Shown here one piece after another: positions 28,698 through 38,731 of a stretch of 64,000 nt of DNA. Position 1 is the first letter of the stretch, and every line of letters starts with the position of its first letter. The translations under genes and the position numbers were made by a program. A model generated the notes under the pieces. That model was given only the letters and a program-made list of their open reading frames with translations. It had not been told where the DNA came from and made no database searches. The stretch is from a virus: the IMG/VR virus record IMGVR_UViG_3300021963_009993, positions 117,261-181,260 of that record. The stretch is one strand, 5' to 3'.

Positions 28698-29470
28698 TTT
28701 CCAAGCAAGTCAGACATTTCCAAATAATCTATTATGATTGATGGCTTTGTTTTCTTATCATCAAAAATAAAATCTAATTTTTCTTTATTTTGATTCAACA
28801 ATTTTTTGAATAATTTTATAGATTTAAATAAACTAATTGAATTTGCAGCATAAGATTTTCCCTCGATATCAAATTTTTTGATACCTTGAACTATGCCGAT
28901 TACTTTATTTTTATGAAACAAAGGGCCACCGGAATCTCCGGGCACAATAAATATTGATGTCCTATAGTTTTCAAGTTTCTGAATACTTTCGGAAATGCCA
29001 GTTATTTTTCCTTCTGCATATCTAGCTGGTTCACTTAACCCAAATCCAATTGAAAATACATTTTCATGTAAATCTGGGGTATGATCCCAATCCAACAAAA
29101 CTTCATTCATTTTTTTGTTTGAAAGATAAGCTAATATTGATATGTCATCATCTTTATCTTTTGCAAGTTCTATTGCTTTATTTTTTGTTTGATTTTTAGT
29201 ATACCACTTATCTTGATATTCAATTGAATTAATTTCAATACTATCAGCAGTTAATATGTGTTCACATGAAAATACTATATTAAGATATAAATTATCATTA
29301 TATTTTAATGATTTCACAATGAAACCTGTTCCAGATGATTTTTGATCAGAAACAACTAGGACTGTTGGATAATGGCATTTAGAAAGATATTCATCATCAG
29401 ATTGACAAAATGCGAAAGTTGAAATCAAGGTTGTGATTAAGATAATTATTTTTATTGTGTTTTTTATCAT
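28694..29470 (-). CDS. Trypsin-like (S1C) serine protease with signal peptide
   Basis: SGTGFIV, CEHIL (His), DDISIL (Asp), PGDSGGPL (Ser). Confidence 0.88.
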   Translation of the reverse strand: MIKNTIKIIILITTLISTFAFCQSDDEYLSKCHYPTVLVVSDQKSSGTGFIVKSLKYNDNLYLNIVFSCEHILTADSIEINSIEYQDKWYTKNQTKNKAIELAKDKDDDISILAYLSNKKMNEVLLDWDHTPDLHENVFSIGFGLSEPARYAEGKITGISESIQKLENYRTSIFIVPGDSGGPLFHKNKVIGIVQGIKKFDIEGKSYAANSISLFKSIKLFKKLLNQNKEKLDFIFDDKKTKPSIIIDYLEMSDLLGN

Positions 29471-29509
29471 TTTAATTCTTGTGTGTGAGTATTAACTATA
29501 TTAGATTGT

Positions 29510-29722
29510 ATGACAAAGAAAAATTGTTATTTTATAGTAGAAAAATCTGAAATTAATGGAAAAGAAAAGATGACACCGCTGTGTTTAAAATGCAGAGATG
29601 AGAAATTTCCAGATCGTGGGTGGTATTGGGAAGGCAAAAAAAATGGCTATGGTCCTTTTCTTATTAAATGCAAATATTGCCAAGAGATTATACATGATCC
29701 AAAATCAAAAGGTGAGTTATGA
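29510..29722 (+). CDS. Small zinc-finger protein
   Basis: CLKC...CKYC. Confidence 0.65.
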   Translation: MTKKNCYFIVEKSEINGKEKMTPLCLKCRDEKFPDRGWYWEGKKNGYGPFLIKCKYCQEIIHDPKSKGEL

Positions 29723-30387
29723 TAGATAGATTGCTTGAAAGTCACGATCTGAGAAAAATTAATATTGATGACAAGGGAAAGAAAGCTTTGCAAGAAGTTT
29801 TTGCAAATCAGGAAGAATACATTGAAATAATTGATGACAAAGTAAGTGTGCTAGGAATAAAACCTCCTAATTCCACAGAAATAATACATACTAGATGTCC
29901 TCAAAGCACAGCCTATCTTCGATTTCTTAGAGATGAAATTTTTAAATTAGACGAGCTTTTTAATAGCAGATATAGATCAAACAAACAGTTTCTCGGTTGT
30001 GTTAGCGAAACTATATTTGGAGATTACATACTTAGTAAATTAGGTGAAATAAATGTAAAAAGCTCAGTCTTCAAAAATAAGTTGAATTTATTAAGAGAAA
30101 AGTTTAAAAAGATAAGCAAAAGACTTCAGGGTGTGTTTATTTCTAATGAGGATATGAAAGAAATAATAAATGGATTTGATTCAAGAAAAAGTATTTTTGT
30201 CACAAAGCTTAAAAAGCAATTCGATGAACAGAGTCTGCAATGGGTTAAAGATGTAAAAAAAGCCAGCATTGTAGTATTTTGTCATGATTGCAAAACTACA
30301 TTTGATTTTTTGAAATCAAATCATTTTGACAAGATGAAAATTGGTCGTTCCAAAAACAAAAACATATGGATAAGAAATAGTCTTTAA
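29719..30387 (+). CDS. Hypothetical protein
   Basis: 222 aa ORF, ATGA coupling. Confidence 0.7.
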   Translation: MIDRLLESHDLRKINIDDKGKKALQEVFANQEEYIEIIDDKVSVLGIKPPNSTEIIHTRCPQSTAYLRFLRDEIFKLDELFNSRYRSNKQFLGCVSETIFGDYILSKLGEINVKSSVFKNKLNLLREKFKKISKRLQGVFISNEDMKEIINGFDSRKSIFVTKLKKQFDEQSLQWVKDVKKASIVVFCHDCKTTFDFLKSNHFDKMKIGRSKNKNIWIRNSL

Positions 30388-30401
30388 ATTATAAATAGAG
30401 T

Positions 30402-30620
30402 ATGGTTAGTTTTTTAAAATGGCTTATGGAAGACAATGGTGCTGTTGCTGGTACTTATCAAAATGATGAGTTGCTTCAAAGCAGGGTAAACAGCAAATAT
30501 CTTGCAGTTGTCAACAAAAAAGACATGGTTGATAAAACAGCTGAATGTCTATTTGCTGGCATGTGTGAGAAGAAGCCAAAGAAAAAATTCACATATATGC
30601 GGGTTGCTGAAGAATTATGA
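30402..30620 (+). CDS. Small protein with capsid-targeting-like N-terminus (MVSFLKWLMED)
   Basis: 72 aa ORF; TATAAATA just upstream. Confidence 0.65.
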   Translation: MVSFLKWLMEDNGAVAGTYQNDELLQSRVNSKYLAVVNKKDMVDKTAECLFAGMCEKKPKKKFTYMRVAEEL

Positions 30621-30931
30621 TTACATTTTCAAGTCTAAATGAGAATATGGATTATAATAAAAAGCTTGCCAGACAGCAAGATGATGGAAAATGTATTGAA
30701 TCTATAGCTCATGGTTTGAAAATAGATGAGGATTTTTGGAAAAAGTTTTTGATGTTAACAAGAAATCCAGAGTCAACAGCAAAGCTTTTAAATGTTTCAC
30801 CTGAAAAAGTTAAGTCTTGGCATTCAAGAATCAAAGAATATACTAGAAAATTTTATGAAAATGAAACAGAGATAGAAATAAACAAAAAAAGAAAATTGGT
30901 AAACACAGACGATTTTGAAAAGTTTTTTTAA
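30617..30931 (+). CDS. Hypothetical protein (MITFSSLNEN), possible HTH
   Basis: 104 aa ORF, ATGA coupling; TAKLLNVSPEKVKSW is HTH-like. Confidence 0.65.
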   Translation: MITFSSLNENMDYNKKLARQQDDGKCIESIAHGLKIDEDFWKKFLMLTRNPESTAKLLNVSPEKVKSWHSRIKEYTRKFYENETEIEINKKRKLVNTDDFEKFF

Positions 30932-30939
30932 GAGGAACA

Positions 30940-31272
30940 ATGATAAATTTTACTCAATGGCAAAAACAAAAGTTAAATGAAGATGTTGATTTAGCTGGTC
31001 CCTTGACTGCTACATCCAGTATGGTTTCTATCAAAAAATTACCATCGTCATTGCGAAAAGTTCTTGTAAAACTAAAAGATTCTGTTGACCGAGAAGGTGG
31101 TGTTGATAACAAGAGAGCATTTTTAGTTCAAGCTATTGAGGATGCAGGCTATCAAGATGAAGGTGTTAAGTCTGCTCTACAACAGTTAAAAGATGACTTC
31201 AGATGGATTTTATCACACTTAAAACAAGATAATTTTACCGATGAAGAACTAAATACTGAAGAACCAAAGTGA
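30940..31272 (+). CDS. Protein with capsid-targeting-like N-terminus (MINFTQWQKQKLNED)
   Basis: 110 aa ORF, GAGG RBS. Confidence 0.65.
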   Translation: MINFTQWQKQKLNEDVDLAGPLTATSSMVSIKKLPSSLRKVLVKLKDSVDREGGVDNKRAFLVQAIEDAGYQDEGVKSALQQLKDDFRWILSHLKQDNFTDEELNTEEPK

Positions 31273-31279
31273 GGATAAA

Positions 31280-31585
31280 ATGACACTAAGCAAATTCAAT
31301 TTATGGCGTGAGAGTAATGAAGTTGCCCCAGCTATGAATATGCAGCAACCACAAGTACCTGCACAAGGTGTAACTCCTGTTCAACCAGCTGACGATATGC
31401 CAAAATTTATAGAAAACTTAGCTGGAATCATTGAGAAGAAGCTTTCTTCAAAGAACTCCCTAAATCATCAAACAATAACAGACTTTTTAAATAAGATAAG
31501 CCAGACATTGATGAGCAAAGTTTCTGGTGGCAAATTAACTAGTAGTGATATAAGACAGGTTACAAATACATTAAAGGGAATGTAA
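31280..31585 (+). CDS. Protein with capsid-targeting-like N-terminus (MTLSKFNLWRESNE)
   Basis: 101 aa ORF, GAGG RBS. Confidence 0.65.
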   Translation: MTLSKFNLWRESNEVAPAMNMQQPQVPAQGVTPVQPADDMPKFIENLAGIIEKKLSSKNSLNHQTITDFLNKISQTLMSKVSGGKLTSSDIRQVTNTLKGM

Positions 31586-31588
31586 TTA

Positions 31589-32653
31589 ATGTCTTCACAA
31601 AGGATTGACAATACAAGACAAGAATTATCAGACATTAAAAAATGTTTGTTTGAATCTGCCAAAACCACAGTTGACAAAGTGAATGCTGCTATTGGCAACA
31701 ATAACAAAAATAAAATAGTTTTTAAATCAAGAAATCTTCCAACTGTAGAACACATGAGGAAGGCTCTTGAGTTAAACAAGCATAAAAAAACCATAAATGA
31801 AATTATTCAAAAAGTAATTGATACTGATCAAAATATTTATTTAAACTTTGGTGGTGTTGGAGATCTAATTCTCCTATTAGCAGAATGTTACAAAGACAAA
31901 AATTCTATAGTTGTATTTTTTTGCAACGGGCATTCAAAGACATTTGCAGAAGAAATACTTGAATTTTTTAACATTGATTATCATATTCATGACAATATCA
32001 TGGGTACAAGAATGGCAAATGTAGTTTATGATACATTCTATTCTACAGGTAGATTGAAACAATCAGCACATTTGTCGGAAGGATTGAATTTTAATGACTG
32101 GAAGGGTAGAGAAAACTTCTACCAACAGAATATGGTTTTAGAAACAGATTGGATTAATCATTTTGGAAGTATCTCTGAATTGAAAAACAAAAAGAATCTT
32201 GTAATTTGCCCCTGTGGCTCATTTAAATCAAGCCATACTCAAAGGTATATTAGTGCAGAAGAATATACCAGAATAGTAAACTGTTATCTTGAAAAAGGTT
32301 ATAACATCTTTGCTACAGGTGGTGAGAAGGAAAAACAGTCTTTTCCTCAATTGCCCAACAAATCTTGCTATTGGATGACTACTGAAAAAATATACGATTC
32401 TAATGGCAAAATCACTCCTATAACCATCTCTACATTTTTTAAATATATTAATTCCGCATCTGAAGTAATTTCTATGGACACATGGTTAAAAAGCTACAGC
32501 GCACTAGCTGGCATCCCTACAAAGGTAATATTAAGTAGGAGAAATGGCAGATATATGAATTATGGTGAGGCTGTCGATAATTACATGTTTTTAAACAAAA
32601 ATTTGTGGAAACATATGGATTTGGTAAAAGTAGAAGATTTATTGGTGGTTTAG
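31589..32653 (+). CDS. Glycosyltransferase family 9-like (GT-B) protein
   Basis: FGGVGDLILL, VICPCGS, VISMDTWLKSYSALAGIPT. Confidence 0.7.
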   Translation: MSSQRIDNTRQELSDIKKCLFESAKTTVDKVNAAIGNNNKNKIVFKSRNLPTVEHMRKALELNKHKKTINEIIQKVIDTDQNIYLNFGGVGDLILLLAECYKDKNSIVVFFCNGHSKTFAEEILEFFNIDYHIHDNIMGTRMANVVYDTFYSTGRLKQSAHLSEGLNFNDWKGRENFYQQNMVLETDWINHFGSISELKNKKNLVICPCGSFKSSHTQRYISAEEYTRIVNCYLEKGYNIFATGGEKEKQSFPQLPNKSCYWMTTEKIYDSNGKITPITISTFFKYINSASEVISMDTWLKSYSALAGIPTKVILSRRNGRYMNYGEAVDNYMFLNKNLWKHMDLVKVEDLLVV

Positions 32654-33051
32654 GGAGGCCAAGGATCACCCCATCTGTTGCAAGGTTTATTGGCTCTGAT
32701 TTTCCAATAAATTTGTCTTTCGTAATATTCTTTAGCGGTATTTAATGCTTCTATTTCTGTTAGAAGGTCATATTCGTTATACAAACCATTAAGTGTATCT
32801 TCATACAAAAATGTTACTTGATTTATTGTGTTGAGATTATTTACGACACGAACTCTTTTTATAACTACTTTTTCAAGCTTGCCTTTTTTGGCAGTCTGTT
32901 TTACAAAACAAACATCGCCTATTCTCCACCTATGATAGTATCTTGGTATCAACAAATACCAAGCACAACCACGAATAGTAATTGTTCCGCTTCCCGTGTA
33001 ACAGAAATTTGCAAGACAAGGTGCTGGAGTTGTTGTGGTTGTGGTTGACAT
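32650..33051 (-). CDS. Hypothetical protein with Thr-tract N-terminus
   Basis: MSTTTTTTPAP; NFCYTGSGTI motif shared with the next gene. Confidence 0.65.
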   Translation of the reverse strand: MSTTTTTTPAPCLANFCYTGSGTITIRGCAWYLLIPRYYHRWRIGDVCFVKQTAKKGKLEKVVIKRVRVVNNLNTINQVTFLYEDTLNGLYNEYDLLTEIEALNTAKEYYERQIYWKIRANKPCNRWGDPWPP

Positions 33052-33440
33052 TAGTTCACCCCAAATTTATTTGACAATAGATTGTTTATTTGATCTATCA
33101 TTGCCATGTCTTGCTGTATTGATTGTTGATTCTGTTCAAAAAATAGAATCTGTGCTTCTCCTATGGTTAACAATTCTGGTTCACTATAGATTTGTATAGT
33201 ATCAGTTGATGTTCTTACTGTATAGTAAACTCCTGTAGTATCGTTGGTAACTGTTTGTATTTGAACTGTCTCTCTGGTTGCTGCCACAACAACAAACTGA
33301 TTTATATAAAATTTTACATCTTGTACGCCGGAAAAATTGGTAGTTACTCCAGCCTGACCCCAAAGTAATATATTTCCCGAACCAGTATAGTTAAAACTGC
33401 GTCTTCTTCTTCTGGTCAGATAATATTGTGTAATTAACAT
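33051..33440 (-). CDS. Hypothetical protein, probable paralog of the 32650 gene
   Basis: SFNYTGSGNI motif; SEPELLT vs NEYDLLT. Confidence 0.65.
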   Translation of the reverse strand: MLITQYYLTRRRRRSFNYTGSGNILLWGQAGVTTNFSGVQDVKFYINQFVVVAATRETVQIQTVTNDTTGVYYTVRTSTDTIQIYSEPELLTIGEAQILFFEQNQQSIQQDMAMIDQINNLLSNKFGVN

Positions 33441-33480
33441 ATATCATTATTTATTTAGGATATTGCAAAAACACAAATAA

Positions 33481-34146
33481 TTAAGCATCTCCTTCAAATC
33501 CAAATATTGTAGCATGCATATTTACTGCTGTGGTTCCGCTTTGGGTTTGATGTATTCCTCTTACACCTATAGTTTCGCCTACTACAGCTGACAATATAGG
33601 ATTATTAAAATTTATGTGTACATTTGGATTATTTGGACTTCCGTTCAAATACATGATTGGCAAATTTTGTGTTCCATCATTTATGTATAATTCATATACA
33701 GTAGATCCACTATCAGCTTGGAAATAATTATTATTATAAGCATTACTGCTAGCTGAAAACCCAGTAATAAAATATTGTGTATTTGGTGAAACAACATGAC
33801 TTACTATGTCTGTTTGCGTGTTATAAGCGACACCACTCACCGTGCTACTTACATTGAAGTAACCTTCTGGCAAGACAGGCAGATTTCTTGTTATTAACCC
33901 GTATTCAGCACCATTAAGAAGCGTTGTGTTTTTAACACGCACAATTTCATCATAGTTTTGATCACCAGCTAATAAAATTCTTGTTCTGCGTACCAAATTA
34001 AAAGGAGGTGCAGGGGTTGTACCACCAGAAACTGGTGGTAATTCCATTAATGTTTCATCAAGCCTTGAGCCAAGCTCCTGACCTGCTGGTGGAACATAAT
34101 CAAGCTGGGTTGCTACATTTATTCTATTGTTTATTGGATCTGGCAT
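33481..34146 (-). CDS. Putative virion structural protein
   Basis: 221 aa, beta-rich, T/N/G-rich; GAGG RBS. Confidence 0.6.
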   Translation of the reverse strand: MPDPINNRINVATQLDYVPPAGQELGSRLDETLMELPPVSGGTTPAPPFNLVRRTRILLAGDQNYDEIVRVKNTTLLNGAEYGLITRNLPVLPEGYFNVSSTVSGVAYNTQTDIVSHVVSPNTQYFITGFSASSNAYNNNYFQADSGSTVYELYINDGTQNLPIMYLNGSPNNPNVHINFNNPILSAVVGETIGVRGIHQTQSGTTAVNMHATIFGFEGDA

Positions 34147-34178
34147 AATTACCTCTTATTATAATATATATTTATAAC

Positions 34179-35258
34179 ATGAGTGAAAATAACGATTTAT
34201 TCCATCTTCTTCCTTATACACAAGAAGATCTTTTAGTTGGTCAAAATGCCATGCAAACTATGGGATGGCATATAACAGCCTTTAATTTGCCAGAAGTATG
34301 GAAAATAACTCAAGGTGAGAATGTCACAGTTGCAATTATTGATACTGGATGTGATTTAACTCATCCAGACTTGGTAAGCAATTTAGTGGAAGGCAAGAAC
34401 TTTGTTGAACCAAATATGCCACCTGAAGATTCTTCAAATCATGGCACACATATAGCTGGTATTTTAGCAGCAAACAACGATGATTTTGGTGTTGTTGGAG
34501 TCTCTCCTAAAACCAAAATTATGCCATTAAAAGTTTTGAATTCGTATGGAATAGGTACACCCGATGCTATAGCCGAAGCGATACATTACGCTGTTGATAA
34601 TGGTGCAGATTTGATTTCAATGTCTTTGGGTGCAAGAAACCCAATTCAAAAAGTATATGATGCGATTGTTTATGCTAATTCAAAAAAAGTTACCTGCTTT
34701 GTTGCTGCTGGAAATGCTGGTTCAAGCAAACAACTTTTGTATCCAGCTGCATATTCGGAATGTATATCAATTGGTGCTGTGGATGAGAATTCCATGAGAG
34801 CGGATTTCAGTTGTACTGGCCCTAATTTGGATTTTGTTGCACCGGGAGTAAAAATATTCAGTTGTATTCCAAAATCAAGTTATGGATTTTTAAGTGGAAC
34901 AAGTATGTCTTGTCCTTTTGCTTTGGGAGTTGCAGCTTTAGTTTTAAGCCAGAAAAGACAAGAAGATCCCAACATTAGATTAGGAATAGATGATTTTAGA
35001 TCAATACTAAAACAAAATACATTATCCATAAAAAATCTAGATAGTAATTTAGACAAACAAGGTTCTAGATTCTGGCAAGGCATGGGAATAATCAATCCAA
35101 ATGAATTTCAAGAATGGGTGGAATATAGAACAGTAGATACTATAAAAAAAGACTTACTTTCCATAAGTGATAGAATAACATTGGTCAAAAATAAATATCT
35201 TTTAAAAGATCTAAACAAGTTTGTTCAACTAATAGCCTCAAAAATAGTCGTTAATTAA
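34179..35258 (+). CDS. Subtilisin-like (S8) serine protease
   Basis: VAIIDTG, NHGTHIAG, AAGN, SGTSMSCP. Confidence 0.93.
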   Translation: MSENNDLFHLLPYTQEDLLVGQNAMQTMGWHITAFNLPEVWKITQGENVTVAIIDTGCDLTHPDLVSNLVEGKNFVEPNMPPEDSSNHGTHIAGILAANNDDFGVVGVSPKTKIMPLKVLNSYGIGTPDAIAEAIHYAVDNGADLISMSLGARNPIQKVYDAIVYANSKKVTCFVAAGNAGSSKQLLYPAAYSECISIGAVDENSMRADFSCTGPNLDFVAPGVKIFSCIPKSSYGFLSGTSMSCPFALGVAALVLSQKRQEDPNIRLGIDDFRSILKQNTLSIKNLDSNLDKQGSRFWQGMGIINPNEFQEWVEYRTVDTIKKDLLSISDRITLVKNKYLLKDLNKFVQLIASKIVVN

Positions 35259-35657
35259 AAATTTGATTTTTTTCAAATCACTCTTTTCATCTGTATCTTT
35301 TTCAATTTCCTTATCAATTACATGATTAAGAAATTTTTGTAACAATGGAGATTCTACTGTAGGTCTTTTTCCTGTATGTTTTTCGGAATCTGCTTGAACT
35401 TTTTTAATTATCTTTTTAATTTTTTCACCGAAGAATAGGTAACAGAAATCGCATCCCATTCTTTCAGTTTTTGTCAAATCAGCTACTGATGAGTTACAGC
35501 AAGGGCAAAATTCTTGATCATTGTTAATCATGATATGTTTTTTGACTACAGGGCATTTTTTGCATAGCCATTTGATTGATGAATCCTCTGAATTCATTAG
35601 ATAAACTGGAATTGTTTTCTTTTCTTGGCAATTATCACCATAAGGACATCCATTCAT
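35238..35657 (-). CDS. McsA-like Cys-rich protein
   Basis: CPCC.SS..D..KTERMGCDFCY..F.E.I..II..VQ..S..H.GKRP matches the McsA middle segment. Confidence 0.7.
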   Translation of the reverse strand: MNGCPYGDNCQEKKTIPVYLMNSEDSSIKWLCKKCPVVKKHIMINNDQEFCPCCNSSVADLTKTERMGCDFCYLFFGEKIKKIIKKVQADSEKHTGKRPTVESPLLQKFLNHVIDKEIEKDTDEKSDLKKIKFLINDYF

Positions 35658-36118
35658 TTTATTTTCTCCAAAAAATTTTTATCTAATGGGTGAATTTCTT
35701 TTTCCCTATTATAAATATTATTTTTTATTTCATCAATATTAGTTTGTGTTTTTTTCTTCAATTCCTCTAATGTTTTTTTTTCATCTGCGTTCAAATCAAC
35801 ATTTAATTTGAATATAGAATCACAGGATTGCCTCAAGTTCAACAAAAATATTAATCTAATTACTGACTGTTTGTTTTTCGATAATTTTTCAAAAAAATCT
35901 TTTGTTTTATTTTTGTAATCAATATTTTTATAAAAATCTTCAACAAAATACTTTTGTTTTTCATAGTTGAATTGATCGAATCTATTTTGTGTAATTACTG
36001 TTTCTTTGTTTATTTCTTCTTCAATGATAGGTTTGCTTTTATTGATCCAGAAAAAAAGAATTAGTCCCATGAAGGTTAATGGAAATAATAATCCAAATAT
36101 TTTTTTCAAATTACACAA
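35654..36118 (-). CDS. Membrane-anchored hypothetical protein
   Basis: N-terminal transmembrane segment. Confidence 0.65.
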   Translation of the reverse strand: MCNLKKIFGLLFPLTFMGLILFFWINKSKPIIEEEINKETVITQNRFDQFNYEKQKYFVEDFYKNIDYKNKTKDFFEKLSKNKQSVIRLIFLLNLRQSCDSIFKLNVDLNADEKKTLEELKKKTQTNIDEIKNNIYNREKEIHPLDKNFLEKIK

Positions 36119-36947
36119 GTCCTTTTATTTTCAAAGTTGCACCAGAAAGAGAAGAAGGATCAGATTTTGCTGGAATAACTCTTCTAATCCAAAATGGAAA
36201 TCCAAAGTCTTCCCTCAAGTATCCTATCTTTAAGGTATCATCTTGTGATGTCACAAAAAAACTAACACCACTAGGAATTTGATTGGCAGCTGTAATTTTA
36301 GGGGCTGTAGTATTTATTGGACCTCCATCCACATCAGAAACTATGTTTATAGTTGGAGTTCCACCGGCTTGCAAAACAAGGTTATTTTGTGCTACACCCA
36401 ATAGTTCTTGGGCTCTGTTGCTAACCTGACTGATTGTGTTTACATTACCAAATATTACTTTATATGATAATAAAGATGGGCTATAACTGTATGAAACTTC
36501 TATTCCTTGATATCCAACCAAACTATTCAATGCTTCTTTAATGTTATTGCCAAATGTTACTGGATTTATATCAAAAAGTATTACAGGTGTATTTAAACCA
36601 CCAATTGTCAAAATAAAGTTACCGCCAACTACAGTTTGAGTGATGTTTATTGTTTGAACAGCTGCCTGTCTGAATACACCAAGAGACAATTCTGCTGGGT
36701 TGTCTAGTTGTTTCTCCAGATAAATTTCAACATTATATATGTTTTCTGAATCATTGAACAGGTACAAGCATCTGTAATCTGTATATCCAGTCAAAGCTCT
36801 TTCGGGAGTTGTGTTATCAAAAACATTAGATAATCCTTCTGGGACTTCTGTTCCTGAAGGTTGCCCACCAAGACTTGCGTTTGGATCTGTATTTGTTGTA
36901 CCACCGGAATAAACCAGAGATAAATCATTAGCTGTTATTTGTGGCAT
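36111..36947 (-). CDS. Putative virion structural (tail/baseplate-type) protein
   Basis: Start MPQITAND; YSGG..NTDPNASLGG, G.TDYRCLY. Confidence 0.6.
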   Translation of the reverse strand: MPQITANDLSLVYSGGTTNTDPNASLGGQPSGTEVPEGLSNVFDNTTPERALTGYTDYRCLYLFNDSENIYNVEIYLEKQLDNPAELSLGVFRQAAVQTINITQTVVGGNFILTIGGLNTPVILFDINPVTFGNNIKEALNSLVGYQGIEVSYSYSPSLLSYKVIFGNVNTISQVSNRAQELLGVAQNNLVLQAGGTPTINIVSDVDGGPINTTAPKITAANQIPSGVSFFVTSQDDTLKIGYLREDFGFPFWIRRVIPAKSDPSSLSGATLKIKGLV

Positions 36948-37049
36948 AGTTATATTATATTTATTAATTACCAATAATTTCAAAAATTTGTTTTTAAAAT
37001 AAATTAGATATAAAATATTTAATACGCTTTATTTTAACTAGGAGTTTTT

Positions 37050-37979
37050 ATGAAAATAGGTGCAGACCCAGAGTTTTTCATAGTTGACTCTTATAAAAAG
37101 ATAATAAATGCCGCTAAGGTTGTAAAGAATACTAATTCAAAACCTTTGTCAAAAGCAGATTTAAAAATTTATCATGACAATGTTTTAGTTGAATTTAGTT
37201 TTGATCCAGTTTTCAGCGAAATTGATTTTGTTAATAAAATCGGATTTGGTATTAATTCTATTTCAGATTTTATTAATCCCTACAAAATTTCCACACAAGC
37301 TTTTGCTGAACTTGATGAAGATGAATTAACACAAGAAAACGCAAGGGTGGTAGGATGCAATCCAGATTTGTGCGCTTATACATTAGCGCAAAATGAATTG
37401 CCAAAAAATTTCTTCACTAAGACAAATTTTAGAACTTCTGGCGGTCATATTCATATTGGTGGTGTTGGAAATGATCTAGTCCTTCATCCTTTCATGAAAC
37501 CTATTTTTGTATACATGCTTGACTTGTTCTTGGGCATACCAAGTGTTCTGATGGATAATGGTACTGATACCATGAAGCGTCGAACTATGTTTGGGAAAGC
37601 TGGTTGTCATAGAGACAAACCTTATGGCATAGAATACAGGGTTTTGTCGCCTTTTTGGCTTAGAAATCCAGCAACTGTTTCTTTAGTTTACAGGTTGACT
37701 CATTTTGTTTTCCAAAGTGTTAATGATGGTCTTCACAAAAAGTTCTGGCATTTTGAGCAAGAAAAACTTAAGACAAACAATCCACAAAATGCTTATGAAT
37801 GTTATGGATATGATGCAAATGAAGTCAGAAACGCAATAGATGAATGTGATGCAAATAAGGCTATGAAGATATTCAATTTCATATGTAATTTTATGCCAAA
37901 TCAACTAATAAAAATGATAGAAAATGAAATGAAGATATCTGATTACAAGATTGAAAAAAAATGGCTTAGGATTGCCTAA
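37050..37979 (+). CDS. phiEco32-like COOH-NH2 ligase type 2 (glutamine-synthetase fold)
   Basis: IGADPEFF, DNVLVEF, GCNPD, RTSGGHIHIG, GKAG.HR.KPYGIEYRVLS.FW. Confidence 0.88.
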   Translation: MKIGADPEFFIVDSYKKIINAAKVVKNTNSKPLSKADLKIYHDNVLVEFSFDPVFSEIDFVNKIGFGINSISDFINPYKISTQAFAELDEDELTQENARVVGCNPDLCAYTLAQNELPKNFFTKTNFRTSGGHIHIGGVGNDLVLHPFMKPIFVYMLDLFLGIPSVLMDNGTDTMKRRTMFGKAGCHRDKPYGIEYRVLSPFWLRNPATVSLVYRLTHFVFQSVNDGLHKKFWHFEQEKLKTNNPQNAYECYGYDANEVRNAIDECDANKAMKIFNFICNFMPNQLIKMIENEMKISDYKIEKKWLRIA

Positions 37980-38658
37980 TTTTTCTGACTTCTTGTCTAA
38001 TATCAAAAGTTCGGCATTTATTGCATGACCAAGGCAGATTGATTTTTGCCATAACAGCCAGTTCTAGGTCTAATCTTTTTTTGTGTAAAAATATTTCTTT
38101 ATTGCAGCAACAACATCTTGTAACTGTGTGTCCCTTTTTAATTAATGGTTTGTTTTTCTTGATTTTTGACAAAAAACTTAAAATTTTTGTTTGGAATTCT
38201 TTTGGAAGAACAGGTATGTCTCTTACATGGAATATTTCAGTAAGCCAATAATATTCAGTTCCATCACTATGTTTGCTGGGTGGCAAAACTGACTGGTGTT
38301 TTTTTGCACGATATTCTATCCCATCTCTTACAATTCTTGTGAAATCTAGACCCGGATTTAAAAAGAGATGATGTTGTGACTTAGATGATTGAAAGACAGG
38401 ATGATATATGTCTTTTAAATTTTCGTTTAGGAAGTTGTTGGATTCTACACAATCACCCTCAATGTCAATAATATCTCCAAGTAATAGGCCAAAATTCAAA
38501 GGTTGGTTGTTATGTCTTATAAATGTGCTGACTTGTTCTAAGTCATAATTGTACCAGTTTGAAAAGATTGGTTGCTTCCCTTTGTGAAGCAAAGGAATTA
38601 TTTTGTAGCCAAGATTGGCATAGAACTCAAAAAAATACATGTTTGTTTTAAATTTCAT
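37966..38658 (-). CDS. Bifunctional primase-polymerase N-terminal (prim-pol) domain protein with C-terminal Zn finger
   Basis: IIPL..KGKQP, NFGLLL..IIDIE, S.HHLF, SVLPPS.H; CCCC...CNKC. Confidence 0.78.
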   Translation of the reverse strand: MKFKTNMYFFEFYANLGYKIIPLLHKGKQPIFSNWYNYDLEQVSTFIRHNNQPLNFGLLLGDIIDIEGDCVESNNFLNENLKDIYHPVFQSSKSQHHLFLNPGLDFTRIVRDGIEYRAKKHQSVLPPSKHSDGTEYYWLTEIFHVRDIPVLPKEFQTKILSFLSKIKKNKPLIKKGHTVTRCCCCNKEIFLHKKRLDLELAVMAKINLPWSCNKCRTFDIRQEVRKIRQS

Positions 38659-38671
38659 TGCCTCAATTTAA

Positions 38672-38709
38672 AAGAAAAAGGGCAGAAAAGCAAATGCTTT
38701 TCTGCCCTT
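38672..38709 (-). terminator. Rho-independent terminator
   Basis: Perfect 14-bp stem AAGGGCAGAAAAGC/GCTTTTCTGCCCTT with T run on the minus strand. Confidence 0.8.
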
Positions 38710-38731
38710 AAGATTTGAAGTTATTTTAAAC

